A stretch of DNA of 64,000 nt from contig JANWVO010000038.1 of the NCBI GenBank assembly GCA_025056865.1, positions 175,587 to 239,586 of the forward strand. Reading direction: 5' to 3'. Made by a program: the position numbers and the translations under genes. Under the pieces are notes generated by a model. That model made no database searches and was not told where the DNA came from. It was given only the letters and a program-made list of their open reading frames with translations. The stretch's first letter is position 1. The number at the start of each line of letters is the position of its first letter. This document shows, piece by piece, positions 35,110-45,000 of this stretch. The DNA is from Bryobacteraceae bacterium (GTDB lineage: Bacteria > Acidobacteriota > Terriglobia > Bryobacterales > Bryobacteraceae).

Positions 35110-36849
35110 TCAGCCGCGCCCTGTCCGCCCCAATTCCTCCAGCAGCTTCATCGCCGTTTCGGCATCGCCGGACCGCTCGGCTTCCTGGATCCGCCGCCGC
35201 AGCTCGGCGCGCCGCGCCTCCCGTTCCGCCGCCGCCAGCTTGCGCACGCACGAGACGGCGAGCTCGGTCGAATATTTCTCGTGCAGCGTGTCGTCGGCCA
35301 GCGCGAGCCAGGCCAGCCGTTCGCGGTCGGCATCGCCCAGCCGCGCTTCCACAGCCTGGTAGGTGACCGGCTCGCCCGCTTCGGTCATGCGCCGGATGGC
35401 GTCGAAGATCGCGTGCGAGGCTGACCGCTCCAGCACCCTCAGCCCGCCGAGCAGCGGAGCGATCTCGGCCCGCGCCTCGGCGTCGTGCAGCAGCGCGTGC
35501 AGCAGCAGCACCTCGTTCGGATCCGGCACCGGCTGCTCCTTCTTCGGCGCCGTGCGGCGGCGCTCGGCGGCCGCCTTGCGGAACTCGTCCAGCACGACGT
35601 CCGGCTCCATCCGCAGGTACTCGGCCAGGTCCTGCGCCACGGCCAGGCGGTCCAGCCGGTCCGGCATCCGCTGGATCGCCGGCAGCAGGAACTGGAACGC
35701 CGCCACGCGCCCGTCGGGCCGGCGCAGGTCGAAACGCGCCCGCGCCCGGTCCGCCAGCCAATGGAAATAGCTGCGGGCCGCGCCGAGCGCCTGCCGGTAG
35801 CGCTCCGCGCCATGCTCGCGGATGAATTCGTCGGGATCCTTGCCCCCGGCCAATTCAAGCACCTGCACGCGCATGCCCTCCTCGAGCAGCACCGGGATGT
35901 GCTTCTCGGTGGCGGCGGCGCCGGCGCGGTCGGAGTCGAAGTTCAGCACCGCTTCCGGCGCATGCCGCCGTAGGCTCCGCACCTGGAGCGGCGTCAGCGA
36001 GGTGCCGCACACCGCCACCACGTTGCGCACGCCCGCGCTCCAGACGCCGATTGCATCCATGTAGCCTTCGACGAGCACGGCCCGCCCCTCCTCCTCGATC
36101 GCCCTCTTCGCCCGGTTCAGGTTGTAGAGAATCTGGCTCTTCCTGTATATCGGCGTTTCCGGGCTGTTCAGATACTTCGGCTCGTCGCCTTCGGCCAGTG
36201 CGCGCCCGCCGAAGCCCACCAGCTTTCCGGACTCGGAGTGGATGGGGAACATCAGGCGGCCGCGGAAACGGTCGTAGAAGCCCGTCCCGTCGTTGCGGCG
36301 CAGCACCAGACCGCTCTCCTCCATCAGCTCGTGCGGGAAGCCTGCGCGCTCGAAGGCGCGCACCAGCATCTGCCCGCCGCGTTCGCTCAGGCCGAGGCCG
36401 AACTCTTCCGCCGCCGCGCGGCTCACGCCGCGGCGCTCCAGATACTCGCGCGCCTCCCGGCCTGCGGGCGAGCCCAGCAGCTCCCGGAACAGCCGCCCGG
36501 CCAGCTCGTGCATTTCATACAGCGCGGCGCGGCGGCGCGATTCCTCGTCGCCGTGCGCCCCCTGCCTCGGCAGCGGAATCCCGTTGCGCTCGGCCAGCAG
36601 CTTCACCGCCTCCCAGAAGGTGAGCCGCTCGATCTCCATCACGAAGCGGATCACGTCCCCGCCGGCGCCGCAGCCGAAGCACTTGTAAAACTGGTGCGTC
36701 GAATGCACGCTGAACGACGGCGTCTTCTCGTGGTGGAACGGGCACAGCCCCACGTAGCGCGGCCCCGAGCCGGCGCGCTTCAGCCGCACATACTCGCCGA
36801 CGACGCGGACGATGTCGACCGACGATTTGAGCTGCTCGATGAATTCCAT
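35110..36849 (-). CDS. dnaG: DNA primase
   Basis: 579 aa with the zinc ribbon CPFHHEKTPSFSV...CFGCGAGGD and a Toprim domain (LVEGYMD). It lies upstream of rpoD, as in the classic MMS operon. Confidence 0.95.
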   Translation of the reverse strand: MEFIEQLKSSVDIVRVVGEYVRLKRAGSGPRYVGLCPFHHEKTPSFSVHSTHQFYKCFGCGAGGDVIRFVMEIERLTFWEAVKLLAERNGIPLPRQGAHGDEESRRRAALYEMHELAGRLFRELLGSPAGREAREYLERRGVSRAAAEEFGLGLSERGGQMLVRAFERAGFPHELMEESGLVLRRNDGTGFYDRFRGRLMFPIHSESGKLVGFGGRALAEGDEPKYLNSPETPIYRKSQILYNLNRAKRAIEEEGRAVLVEGYMDAIGVWSAGVRNVVAVCGTSLTPLQVRSLRRHAPEAVLNFDSDRAGAAATEKHIPVLLEEGMRVQVLELAGGKDPDEFIREHGAERYRQALGAARSYFHWLADRARARFDLRRPDGRVAAFQFLLPAIQRMPDRLDRLAVAQDLAEYLRMEPDVVLDEFRKAAAERRRTAPKKEQPVPDPNEVLLLHALLHDAEARAEIAPLLGGLRVLERSASHAIFDAIRRMTEAGEPVTYQAVEARLGDADRERLAWLALADDTLHEKYSTELAVSCVRKLAAAEREARRAELRRRIQEAERSGDAETAMKLLEELGRTGRG

Positions 36850-36904
36850 CGCCGCCCGTTTCCCCGCTGCTTCTCCATTATCCCGCCGCGCCCGCGGCGC
36901 AGCC

Positions 36905-37552
36905 TTAGCGGTCCGCTCCGTAAACCGCGATCAGCGACTTCGGCAGCCCGAGCACCCGCTCCCGCTCGATGCGCGCCTCCGGAAAGAGCCGCTGCATCTG
37001 ACGCGGGCCGAGCAGCCGGATCTCTTCCATGTAGTGCCGCAGGAAGTACTCGTGCCGGTCGGGCGTCACGCGCGCCGCCAGCGCCCACACCGACAGCCGC
37101 GGGGCCAGCTCCCTCTGCCACGCCCGCGGCAGCCAGTGGAGGAACGGCGTGTACAGGTGCGGCTCCACCGGACACCGCACGTCGGGCGTCTGGACGAAAT
37201 AGCGCTTGCCCGTGCGCCGCACTTCGCTGGCGAACCGCTCCATTGCCTCGGCCGAGCCCAGGTGCTCGATCACCGAATTGCTGAAGACCAGATCGAAGCA
37301 GCGGTCGGGGAAGGGCAGCGACGCGCCATCGCCGGCCACATAGCGGACGCCTTCGGGCGCGGGCTCCAGCGCGCGCGGCGTATTCAGCAGCACCAGGCGC
37401 GGCCGCACCGGGCAGTGCTCCCAGATGGCAGGCGTGCCGCCCACATCGAGCACCAGCCACTCCGGGCGGATGTCGAACCGCTCCATGAGCAGCCGCATCC
37501 GCCGCCGGCGGAACCTCTGCCCCAGGCGTTCGAGCGCGGCAAGCGGCGTCAT
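36905..37552 (-). CDS. Class I SAM-dependent methyltransferase (Methyltransf_11-like)
   Basis: Lower part of ORF 36905..37903, from the ATG at 37552. It carries the VLDVGGT motif I and the DLVFSNSVIEHL post-I/II motifs. Confidence 0.7.
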   Translation of the reverse strand: MTPLAALERLGQRFRRRRMRLLMERFDIRPEWLVLDVGGTPAIWEHCPVRPRLVLLNTPRALEPAPEGVRYVAGDGASLPFPDRCFDLVFSNSVIEHLGSAEAMERFASEVRRTGKRYFVQTPDVRCPVEPHLYTPFLHWLPRAWQRELAPRLSVWALAARVTPDRHEYFLRHYMEEIRLLGPRQMQRLFPEARIERERVLGLPKSLIAVYGADR

Positions 37553-37584
37553 TGCAATGCGCGTGCGGGCGCGACGCGCCCGCC

Positions 37585-38031
37585 TCAGAGGTTCTCGTCC
37601 AGCCGGCGGGCCAGATCCTGGAAGTAAGGATGCCGCGCCTCCCGCCGGAGCCTCTCGACGAACTGCTCCGCCCACCGCAGGTGCTCGTCCTCGAACTTTT
37701 CCAGCACGTCGGCCGGCTCGCCGTCGGCCAGCAGCTTCGCGTAGAAGAGGAGCAGCAGGCCCAGGTGGTCGGCCGGCTCGTTCTTCGCCGCCGGCTCGAA
37801 CCCATAGCGGCGGTACCAGGCGAGCGCCCGGTGGTGGGCCTCGCCGAACAGTTGCGGCGGCTTGCCCTCCTCCTTTTCGTACACCGACTGCCACAGCGGG
37901 CACGGCGACCCCTGCGGATTGAAGAAGAGCCGGTAGTATTCGATCGCCGCCTCCTGCTCTTCAGGCGGCTTCAGGAGCGCCTGGCCCAGCTCCGCATAGA
38001 GCTGGGCCAGATGCTCGCGCATTTCGCTCAT
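37585..38031 (-). CDS. TorD/DmsD-family redox-enzyme maturation chaperone
   Basis: 148 aa. YRLFFNP...PLWQSVY...EPADHLGLLLLFYAKL is typical of the Nitrate_red_del/TorD family. It overlaps the stop of the catalytic subunit by 4 nt. Confidence 0.75.
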   Translation of the reverse strand: MSEMREHLAQLYAELGQALLKPPEEQEAAIEYYRLFFNPQGSPCPLWQSVYEKEEGKPPQLFGEAHHRALAWYRRYGFEPAAKNEPADHLGLLLLFYAKLLADGEPADVLEKFEDEHLRWAEQFVERLRREARHPYFQDLARRLDENL

Positions 38032-40268
38032 AAGGGTTCAATACTACAGACGGCATCCATGATGCACGACGACCCGGCATAGTTGCCCGCCTTGATGAAG
38101 TCGTCGATCGACGGGTTGGCGATCAGGTCGCCGTCCCGCGCCCCTTTGCCGCCTGCCAGGCTGAGCGCCCGCGACGCGTGGCCGAAGCCGTGCGCCACCA
38201 TCACCACGTCGGGCGGCACCGTCTCGCTCAGGTGCGCCGGCAGCTCGATCTGGCCGGCGCGGGAACGCACCAGCACCTTCTGGCCCTGGCTGATGCCGTG
38301 CTTCTTCGCCAGCGCCGGATTGATGATGGCGTGGTTGGTGGGCATGATCTCGTTCAGGATGGCCATGTTCTGCGTCGTGTTGCGCTTGTGGATGGCCGGA
38401 ATGAACGTCATGAAGTAATAGGGGTAGTGCTCGTTGGGCATCTCCCGCTTGGGCACCCACTTCGGCAGCGGGTCTACGCCGCGGGCGATGAACTGCGGCA
38501 CATAGATCTGGCATTTGCCGTCGGCGCCGGATACGGTGACGAACGACGTCCTCGGCGTGAACGGCTGCTTCGTTTCCACGATCCCCTTGGCGCGGAAGTC
38601 GGCGAAGTTCTCGCCCAGCCCGGCGCGCTTCACTTTCTCATCGAGCAGCGTCGCCGGGTTGATCCAGCTTCCGTCCGGCGTCTTGAAATAGTCCGGGCAG
38701 AGGCGCTTGCCCAGCTCGATGGCCACCCAGCCGATGGAGCGGGTCTCGAACGCCGGCGGAGAAATGGCCGCGCGCGCCACCGTCTGCGGATACTTGGCGT
38801 TGTAATCGCGCGCGACGGCGTCATTCACCTCCAGGTACATCGTCGAGGGCAGCACGATGTCGGCCATGCTCACCGTGTCGGTGGGGATGAAGTCCATCAC
38901 CACGGTGAAGTCCACGGTCTTCATCGCCTCCTCCATGGTTCTCGGGTTCGGGAAGGCGAGAATCGTGTAAGCGTTCCAGAAGGCGAACTTGATCATGCCG
39001 GGATACTTGTTCAGCATCCCGTCGGCGAGCGTCGAGAACATCCCGGCGTCGACTTCGTTCACCAGCGGCAGCCTGTCGCGGCCATCGACACGGCGGCCCG
39101 TCCTGGCCGGATAGGCCGGCGGCGGGTAGACGGCGTCGACGCCCGGAATGCTGTGCGTGCGCGGGAAGTAGCGGCCGCCGGGCCGGTCGATCGTGCCCGC
39201 CAGAATGTTCAGGATGGAGATCGCATGAACGAGCTGCGAGCCGTTCATGTAGTTCGCGCACAGCGTCTTCTTGTGGGCGGGCGCGATGGCCGGGCCCTGC
39301 GTGGCGAACTCGCGCGCGATGCGCCGGATGTCGGCCGCCTTCACGCCGCTGATCTGCTCGGCCCATTCCGGCGTGTACTGCGCGAAATGCGCGCGGATTT
39401 CCGTCTCGTACCTGCCGAAATTCGTGTACCGGTCGACGAAATCCTTGTTGTAAAGGTTCTCGCTGATGATCACCTGGATCATCGCCAGCGCCACGGCGAG
39501 GTCCGTGCCCGGCCGGATCGGGATCCACTCGTTGGCGAACCGGCTCGTGGCCGTGTAGTTCGGCGAGAAGTGGACCACCTTGCCCCCGTTCTTGCGGGCT
39601 TCCACGATCCCGTTGGCGTAGACGATCTTCGCCTTGGCGACGATATCCCAGCCGAACAGCAGGATGTACTTCGAGTTCTCGAAGTCGTTGCACCAGGTCT
39701 TGCCGCCGGTGGTGTAGCGCTGGATCACCATGTCGGTGAGGAAGCACTCGTCGCGGTGATCGACGCGGTTCACCACCCCCATCGCGTTCATGAAGCGGAG
39801 CCAGAGGTCGGGCGAGGGCAGCGTCACGAACAGCAGCGCCTCCCGGCCGTAGTTGTCAATGGTCTGCTTCATCCGGAACGCGATCTCGTCGAGCGCCTCC
39901 GTCCACGAGATCCGCACCCAGCCGGGATCCTGATCGAACCCCTTGCGCGGGTTCGTCCGCTTCATCGGATACTTCAGCCGGTCGGGATCGTAGAGGTAGT
40001 TGACGCTGGCCGCGCCCTTGCCGCACAGGCGCCCGAATCCGTGAGCGTCTCCCGGCAGCCCTTCCACGAAGCGCACCACCCCGTCCTGGATGGTCGCCTG
40101 AAGGCCGCAGGCCGGCGAGCAGATGCCGCAGCAGGAGACCGCCTTGGTCACTGCCGGCGATGCAGAGGCCGCCGGCTGGAAGTAGTCCTCGAATCCCGCC
40201 AGCGCCGCAGGGGCCGATGCCAGCCCGGCGCCCGTCGTCTTCAACCAGTCTCTTCTCGTCAATGCCAT
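38028..40268 (-). CDS. Molybdopterin (bis-MGD) oxidoreductase catalytic subunit, DMSO-reductase superfamily, Psr/Phs-like, Tat-exported
   Basis: 746 aa. It has a Tat signal (MALTRRDWLKTTGAGLASAPAALAG) and an N-terminal FS0 cluster (CCGICSPACG...CGKG), plus molybdopterin-binding and C-terminal dinucleotide-binding regions. Substrate cannot be assigned from sequence. Confidence 0.88.
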   Translation of the reverse strand: MALTRRDWLKTTGAGLASAPAALAGFEDYFQPAASASPAVTKAVSCCGICSPACGLQATIQDGVVRFVEGLPGDAHGFGRLCGKGAASVNYLYDPDRLKYPMKRTNPRKGFDQDPGWVRISWTEALDEIAFRMKQTIDNYGREALLFVTLPSPDLWLRFMNAMGVVNRVDHRDECFLTDMVIQRYTTGGKTWCNDFENSKYILLFGWDIVAKAKIVYANGIVEARKNGGKVVHFSPNYTATSRFANEWIPIRPGTDLAVALAMIQVIISENLYNKDFVDRYTNFGRYETEIRAHFAQYTPEWAEQISGVKAADIRRIAREFATQGPAIAPAHKKTLCANYMNGSQLVHAISILNILAGTIDRPGGRYFPRTHSIPGVDAVYPPPAYPARTGRRVDGRDRLPLVNEVDAGMFSTLADGMLNKYPGMIKFAFWNAYTILAFPNPRTMEEAMKTVDFTVVMDFIPTDTVSMADIVLPSTMYLEVNDAVARDYNAKYPQTVARAAISPPAFETRSIGWVAIELGKRLCPDYFKTPDGSWINPATLLDEKVKRAGLGENFADFRAKGIVETKQPFTPRTSFVTVSGADGKCQIYVPQFIARGVDPLPKWVPKREMPNEHYPYYFMTFIPAIHKRNTTQNMAILNEIMPTNHAIINPALAKKHGISQGQKVLVRSRAGQIELPAHLSETVPPDVVMVAHGFGHASRALSLAGGKGARDGDLIANPSIDDFIKAGNYAGSSCIMDAVCSIEPL

Positions 40269-40281
40269 GGCTGCCTCCCTG

Positions 40282-40836
40282 TTACTTGTTCACCGGAAAA
40301 GGATCCCGGATGAAGCGCACCCGGGGCCTGGTCTGCCTCGGCGGGGCGAAGTTCTCGGTCGTCTCCGCACCCCGGCTCTGGATCTGATCCCAGCGCCCGT
40401 ACTGCAAGGCTCCCGTCGGACACAGCGTCACGCACGCCGGATCCAGCCCCTGCTCCCTCCGGTCGAAGCAGAACGTGCACTTCGACATCTTCCTCGTGCG
40501 CAGGTTGAACTGCGGCGCGCCATAGGGGCAGAACATCGCGCACTGCTGGCACCCCACGCATTTCTCCTGGTCGATCTGCACGGTGCCGTCCTCGGTCCGC
40601 CGCCAGATCGCCTTCACCGGGCACGCCTTCATGCACCAGGCGTTCTCGCAGTGGTAGCAGGATCCGGTCAGCGCCTGCTGCCTCACCTGCGGGTACACGC
40701 CCATCTCCCGCACCCTCACCTGCCGCCACCGCACTCCGACGCCCGTCTCTACCTGGTTCCACGTCTTGCAGGCCGACTCGCACGCCCTGCACTCGATGCA
40801 CAGCTTCTCATCGATCAGCCAGCCGTATGTGCTCAT
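40282..40836 (-). CDS. 4Fe-4S ferredoxin-type electron-transfer subunit (PsrB/DmsB/NrfC-like)
   Basis: Lower part of ORF 40282..40986, from the ATG at 40836 with an AGGAG RBS. It carries four Cys clusters: CIECRACESAC, CYHCENAWCMKACP, CVGCQQCAMFCP, CTFC...CVTLCP. Confidence 0.88.
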   Translation of the reverse strand: MSTYGWLIDEKLCIECRACESACKTWNQVETGVGVRWRQVRVREMGVYPQVRQQALTGSCYHCENAWCMKACPVKAIWRRTEDGTVQIDQEKCVGCQQCAMFCPYGAPQFNLRTRKMSKCTFCFDRREQGLDPACVTLCPTGALQYGRWDQIQSRGAETTENFAPPRQTRPRVRFIRDPFPVNK

Positions 40837-41043
40837 AGGATGACTCCTGGACAGAATCCACTCTGACCCGCCGCCCGTCCCTGCAATCCACTGCCCATCT
40901 CCGAGAAAAAGACCGGAAAGACTGATATTGATGAAAATTCCTGCATTGCGGCGCGCGCCCCCTGCGCCGGCGTGCAAGTCTTGCACGGCGCCTCCTGGAG
41001 AGGCCCGGCTCCCCTTGCCACCGCTGGGTGCTTATACCCAGTC

Positions 41044-41814
41044 CTAAATTGTCATCGCGGAAAATCCACCATCCACCCGGATCAGCGCCCCGGTAACAAA
41101 ACTGGACGCCTTCTCCGACGCCAGGAACAGCACGGCGCCCACCAGCTCATGAGGATCCCCGAACCGCCCCATCGGAGTGTGCCGCATGATGTCGGCCACC
41201 CGCTCCTCGGTCAGCAGCTTCCGGTTCTGCTCGGCCGGGAAGAAGCCGGGGATGATCGCATTCACGCGGACGCCCTTCTGCGCCCACTCGCGGGCCAGGA
41301 ACTGCGTGATCTGGTTCACTCCGGCCTTGGCCACCGAGTAGGTGAACACCTTCGACAGCGGCGGGCCCGACGAGGCCGAGCTGATGTTGATGATCGAGCC
41401 GCCGCGGCCCGGCTGCGTCATCCACGCGCCAAAAACCTGGCAGGCCAGAAACACGCTCTTCAGATCCACGTCGAGGATCCGCTGCCACTCCTCCTCGGAA
41501 ATTTCGAAGAACGGCGTGCCGCTGTTGATGCCGGCGGCGTTGATGAGAATATCCACGCGGCCGAACGTTTCCAGCATTCTGTCCAGCGCCGCTTCCAGGT
41601 CCGCTTTCTTCGACGCGTCCACGCGCACCGCCAGCCCGCGCCGCCCCAGCGCCGCCACTTCGGCCGCCTTCTTCTCCGCTGCCGCTTCGTTGAAGTCGAG
41701 GATGGCGACGTCGGCGCCCGCCCGCGCCAGGCCCAGGGCCATCTCTCCGGCCAGCACGCCGCCTCCGCCTATCACCGCCGCCACCCTGCCGGTCAGATCG
41801 AACAGCTCCTGCAC
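41044..41814 (-). CDS. Short-chain dehydrogenase/reductase (SDR) family oxidoreductase
   Basis: 256 aa with the glycine-rich GGGGVLAG, NAAG, the catalytic YSVAKAG (YxxxK) and PGFF. Confidence 0.9.
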   Translation of the reverse strand: MQELFDLTGRVAAVIGGGGVLAGEMALGLARAGADVAILDFNEAAAEKKAAEVAALGRRGLAVRVDASKKADLEAALDRMLETFGRVDILINAAGINSGTPFFEISEEEWQRILDVDLKSVFLACQVFGAWMTQPGRGGSIINISSASSGPPLSKVFTYSVAKAGVNQITQFLAREWAQKGVRVNAIIPGFFPAEQNRKLLTEERVADIMRHTPMGRFGDPHELVGAVLFLASEKASSFVTGALIRVDGGFSAMTI

Positions 41815-42023
41815 CGTCGCCGCCTCCAGTTTTCTGATTTCAGATGCCGTTCTCTTTTATACCATTCCGGCCGGCATGCCGGCGCCCGTCTGGCGCGCCG
41901 CGCAAAATTGAATCTGCGTTTCATTTTTGGTGTTGCGGCTATTGACCCTCCCCGGAAACCGTGATTAGATAATCTAGCACGCTGCGGCGGCCATGCCGCA
42001 GTCTCAGGGAGGTCTTTTACAGC

Positions 42024-45000
42024 ATGCTCAAATCCCTCGTCGCGGGACTGGGCCTTGCCGTCCTGGTCTCCGCATTGCTCCCGGCGCAGGAGTCGCGCGG
42101 CGCCATCACGGGCCGCGTCACCGATCCCCAAGGGGCCGTCGTTCCCAACGCCCACGTCACCATCACCAACACCCAGACCAACGAGACGCGCCGCACGGTG
42201 ACCAATGAAACCGGCTATTACGAAGTGAACTTCCTCGAGCCGTCCACGTACGCCATCGCAGTCGAAGCCCCCGGTTTCAAGCGCCTCGTCCGCTCCGGCG
42301 TCACCGTGAACGTCAGCGCCCGCCTCGAAATCAACCTCTCGCTGGAGATCGGCGCGGTCGCCGAGACGGTCCAGGTGACCGCGGAAGCGCCGCTGCTGGA
42401 AACCACCACGGCGAGCGGCGGGCGCGTGCTGGACCAGCAGCAGCTCATCAACCTGCCGTTCTCCGACCTGAACCCGTTCGCGCTGTCGGCGCTCGCTCCG
42501 GGCATGCAGTGGACGGGCCAGCCGGAATACCGCCGCCCGTTCGACAACGGCGGCACCTCCGCATTCAACACCATGGGCGGCGTGGGCCAGAACGAATACA
42601 CCATCGACGGCATGACCGTGGTAGGCTCCGGGCGCCGCGTCGGCTTCGTGCCTCCCGCCGACTCCATCACCGAGTTCAAGCTCGAAACGGCCAACTTCGA
42701 TGCCAGCCAGGGCTTCACCTCCGGCGCATCGATCAACGTCAGCTCCAAGTCGGGCACGAACACGCTGCACGGCTCGGTCTTCCTTCAGCACTGGCAGCAG
42801 CGCTGGAACGCCACGCCCTTCTTCCAGCGGGAGGCGTATGACGCCCAGGTCCGCGCCGGCCTGATCGATCCGAAGAAGACGCCCAAACAGGCCTCCGGCC
42901 GCTCGCACAATTACGGCCTCTCGGCGTCGGGCCCTGTCTGGATTCCGAAGCTGATCAACGGCAGGGACAAGCTCTTCTGGTCGTTCACCTGGAACGGCAT
43001 CCGGCAGTCGAAAGCGGAGACCACCAGCTCTACCGACATCACCGTGCCCACGCCGGAAATGCGCCAGGGCGACTTCTCCTACTTCCTGACCGTGCCCAAC
43101 GGGGCGCGCCTCTACACGATCTACGACCCCCGGTCGGCGCGGCTGGACGGCAACACCGTGGTCCGCACGCCATTCCCGGGCAACAGGGGCGTACCCGTCC
43201 TCAACCCGACTTACAACTACTACGTCAAGCTCTTCCCCAACCCGAACAACGTGCCCGGCAAGGTGACGCCGGAGATGTTCAACAACTACTACGCCTCGGC
43301 GATGCCGAAGGACGAGAAGTTCAACTCGATCGTCAACCGCTATGACTGGGTGATCAACCAGGACATGCGGTTCAACTTCCGCTGGCAGTGGAACGACCGC
43401 CTCGCCGACGAATACGACTGGACCTACGAAACGGCCCGCGGACTCCACTCCAACGGCCTCACCCGCATCAACAAGGGCGGAAACGTCAACTTCCTCTGGA
43501 CGCTCGACGCCAACAACATCCTCGACCTCAACTTCGGCATCTCGCGCTGGGAGGAGGGCGCCCGCAACCAGACCCGCACGCGCATCAAGGCCGCCGACGT
43601 CGGCCTGCCGGCCTACATCGACCAGCGCGCCGACCGCTTCACGCAACTGCCGCGCCTCGACTTCAACAACATCACCGACGTGGGCGCGTCCTATCCCGTC
43701 ATCGGCACGCTGCTCACCAACGGCGAGCTGCGCGCGTCGATGACCTCCATCCGCGGCAGCCACACGCTCAAGTACGGCTGGCAGGAGCGCCGCCACTATT
43801 TCGCTTCGCTCGGCCCGGGCTCCAGCACCGGCTACTTCACGTTCCGCAACCCGTGGACCCGCGCCTCCAACGTCGACAACCAGGCCTCCAACCACGTCCA
43901 CGACTGGGCCAGCTTCATGATGGGCATGCCCAGCGGCGTGTCGATCGATTTCAACGACACCTTCTACTTCCGCACCCCGCGCCGCGCGCTCTACATCCAG
44001 GACGACTGGCGCGTCACGTCGAAGTTCCGCCTCTCGCTCGGCCTGCGCTATGAGCGCGAAGGCGGCAGCGATGAGAAGTGGAACCGCGGCATCGTCTGGG
44101 CGCTGCTCGACCAGAAGAGCCCCATTACCGATCTGGTCGAAGCCGCCTACGCCGCCAACCCGATTCCGGAGGTTCCCGCGTCGCAGTTCAGGGCCAGCGG
44201 CATCAGCGTGTACCTGGGCGAGCAGGGCTACAAGACCGCCAACAAAGGCACGCACGTCTTCCTGCCGAAGTTCGGCGCCGTCTACTCGATCAACAACCGG
44301 AACGTGATCCGCGGCGGCTGGGGCATGTACCAGGACACGCTGAACGTCTCCAACGACCGCCCGTCGGTCACCGGCTTCTCCCAGCCGACCTCCACGCCGA
44401 TCAGCAACGACGCAGGCCTCACCTTCTGCTGCGGCATCGACGCTGCCGCCGGCATCGCCCAGGGCCGCACGGTGATGAACGATCCCTTCCCGGTGCGTCC
44501 CGCAGCGGGCAACACCCGCTTCGACGATCCGTTCGGCCGGGCCCTCGACGGCGTCGCGCTCTACAACGGCACCATCACCGCCGGCCCGTGGAACTTCAAG
44601 CCCGCCCTCCAGCACCGCTGGCGCATCAGCTACCAGCGCGAGCTGGCCGGCAACCTCATGTTCGACATCTCCTACAACGGCGCCTACTCCTACATCCCGG
44701 TGGCGCGGCGCGTCAACGCCCTGCCGGAGCAGTACTGGACGAAGGGCATGGTCCGCGACCAGAACAACGACAACTACCTCAACGGCAATGTCAGCAACCC
44801 GTTCCGCCTCGCCAACCTTGCCCCGCTCCAGCAGTCGAACCCCACGCTCTACCGCTTCCTCAGCGGCCAGGGCTTCTACACCTCCACCGTCATCGCCCGG
44901 CACCGGCTGCTGCGGCCCTATCCGCAGTACGGCACCGTAAACGCCTATGGCAACCCCGGCTCGAGCGACGTGCGCAACGGCTACGTCACCTATCACGACA

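Noticed and set aside
31869-35366. 1165-aa ORF on the plus strand
   Set aside because: It is antisense to rpoN and rpoD, which are unambiguous. The sequence is low-complexity and Arg/Leu/Ala-rich. The same reasoning applies to 23068..25674, 45712..47487, 48219..50666, 51120..52823, 57910..59631, 59531..60808, 60646..62241, 38178..40313, 1247..3139 and the many shorter overlapping ORFs in the track.
40928-40941. TTGAT-N4-ATTCC, an FNR/CRP-like half-site, upstream of the molybdoenzyme operon
   Set aside because: Only the left half matches TTGAT-N4-ATCAA. The right half has 3 of 5 mismatches.
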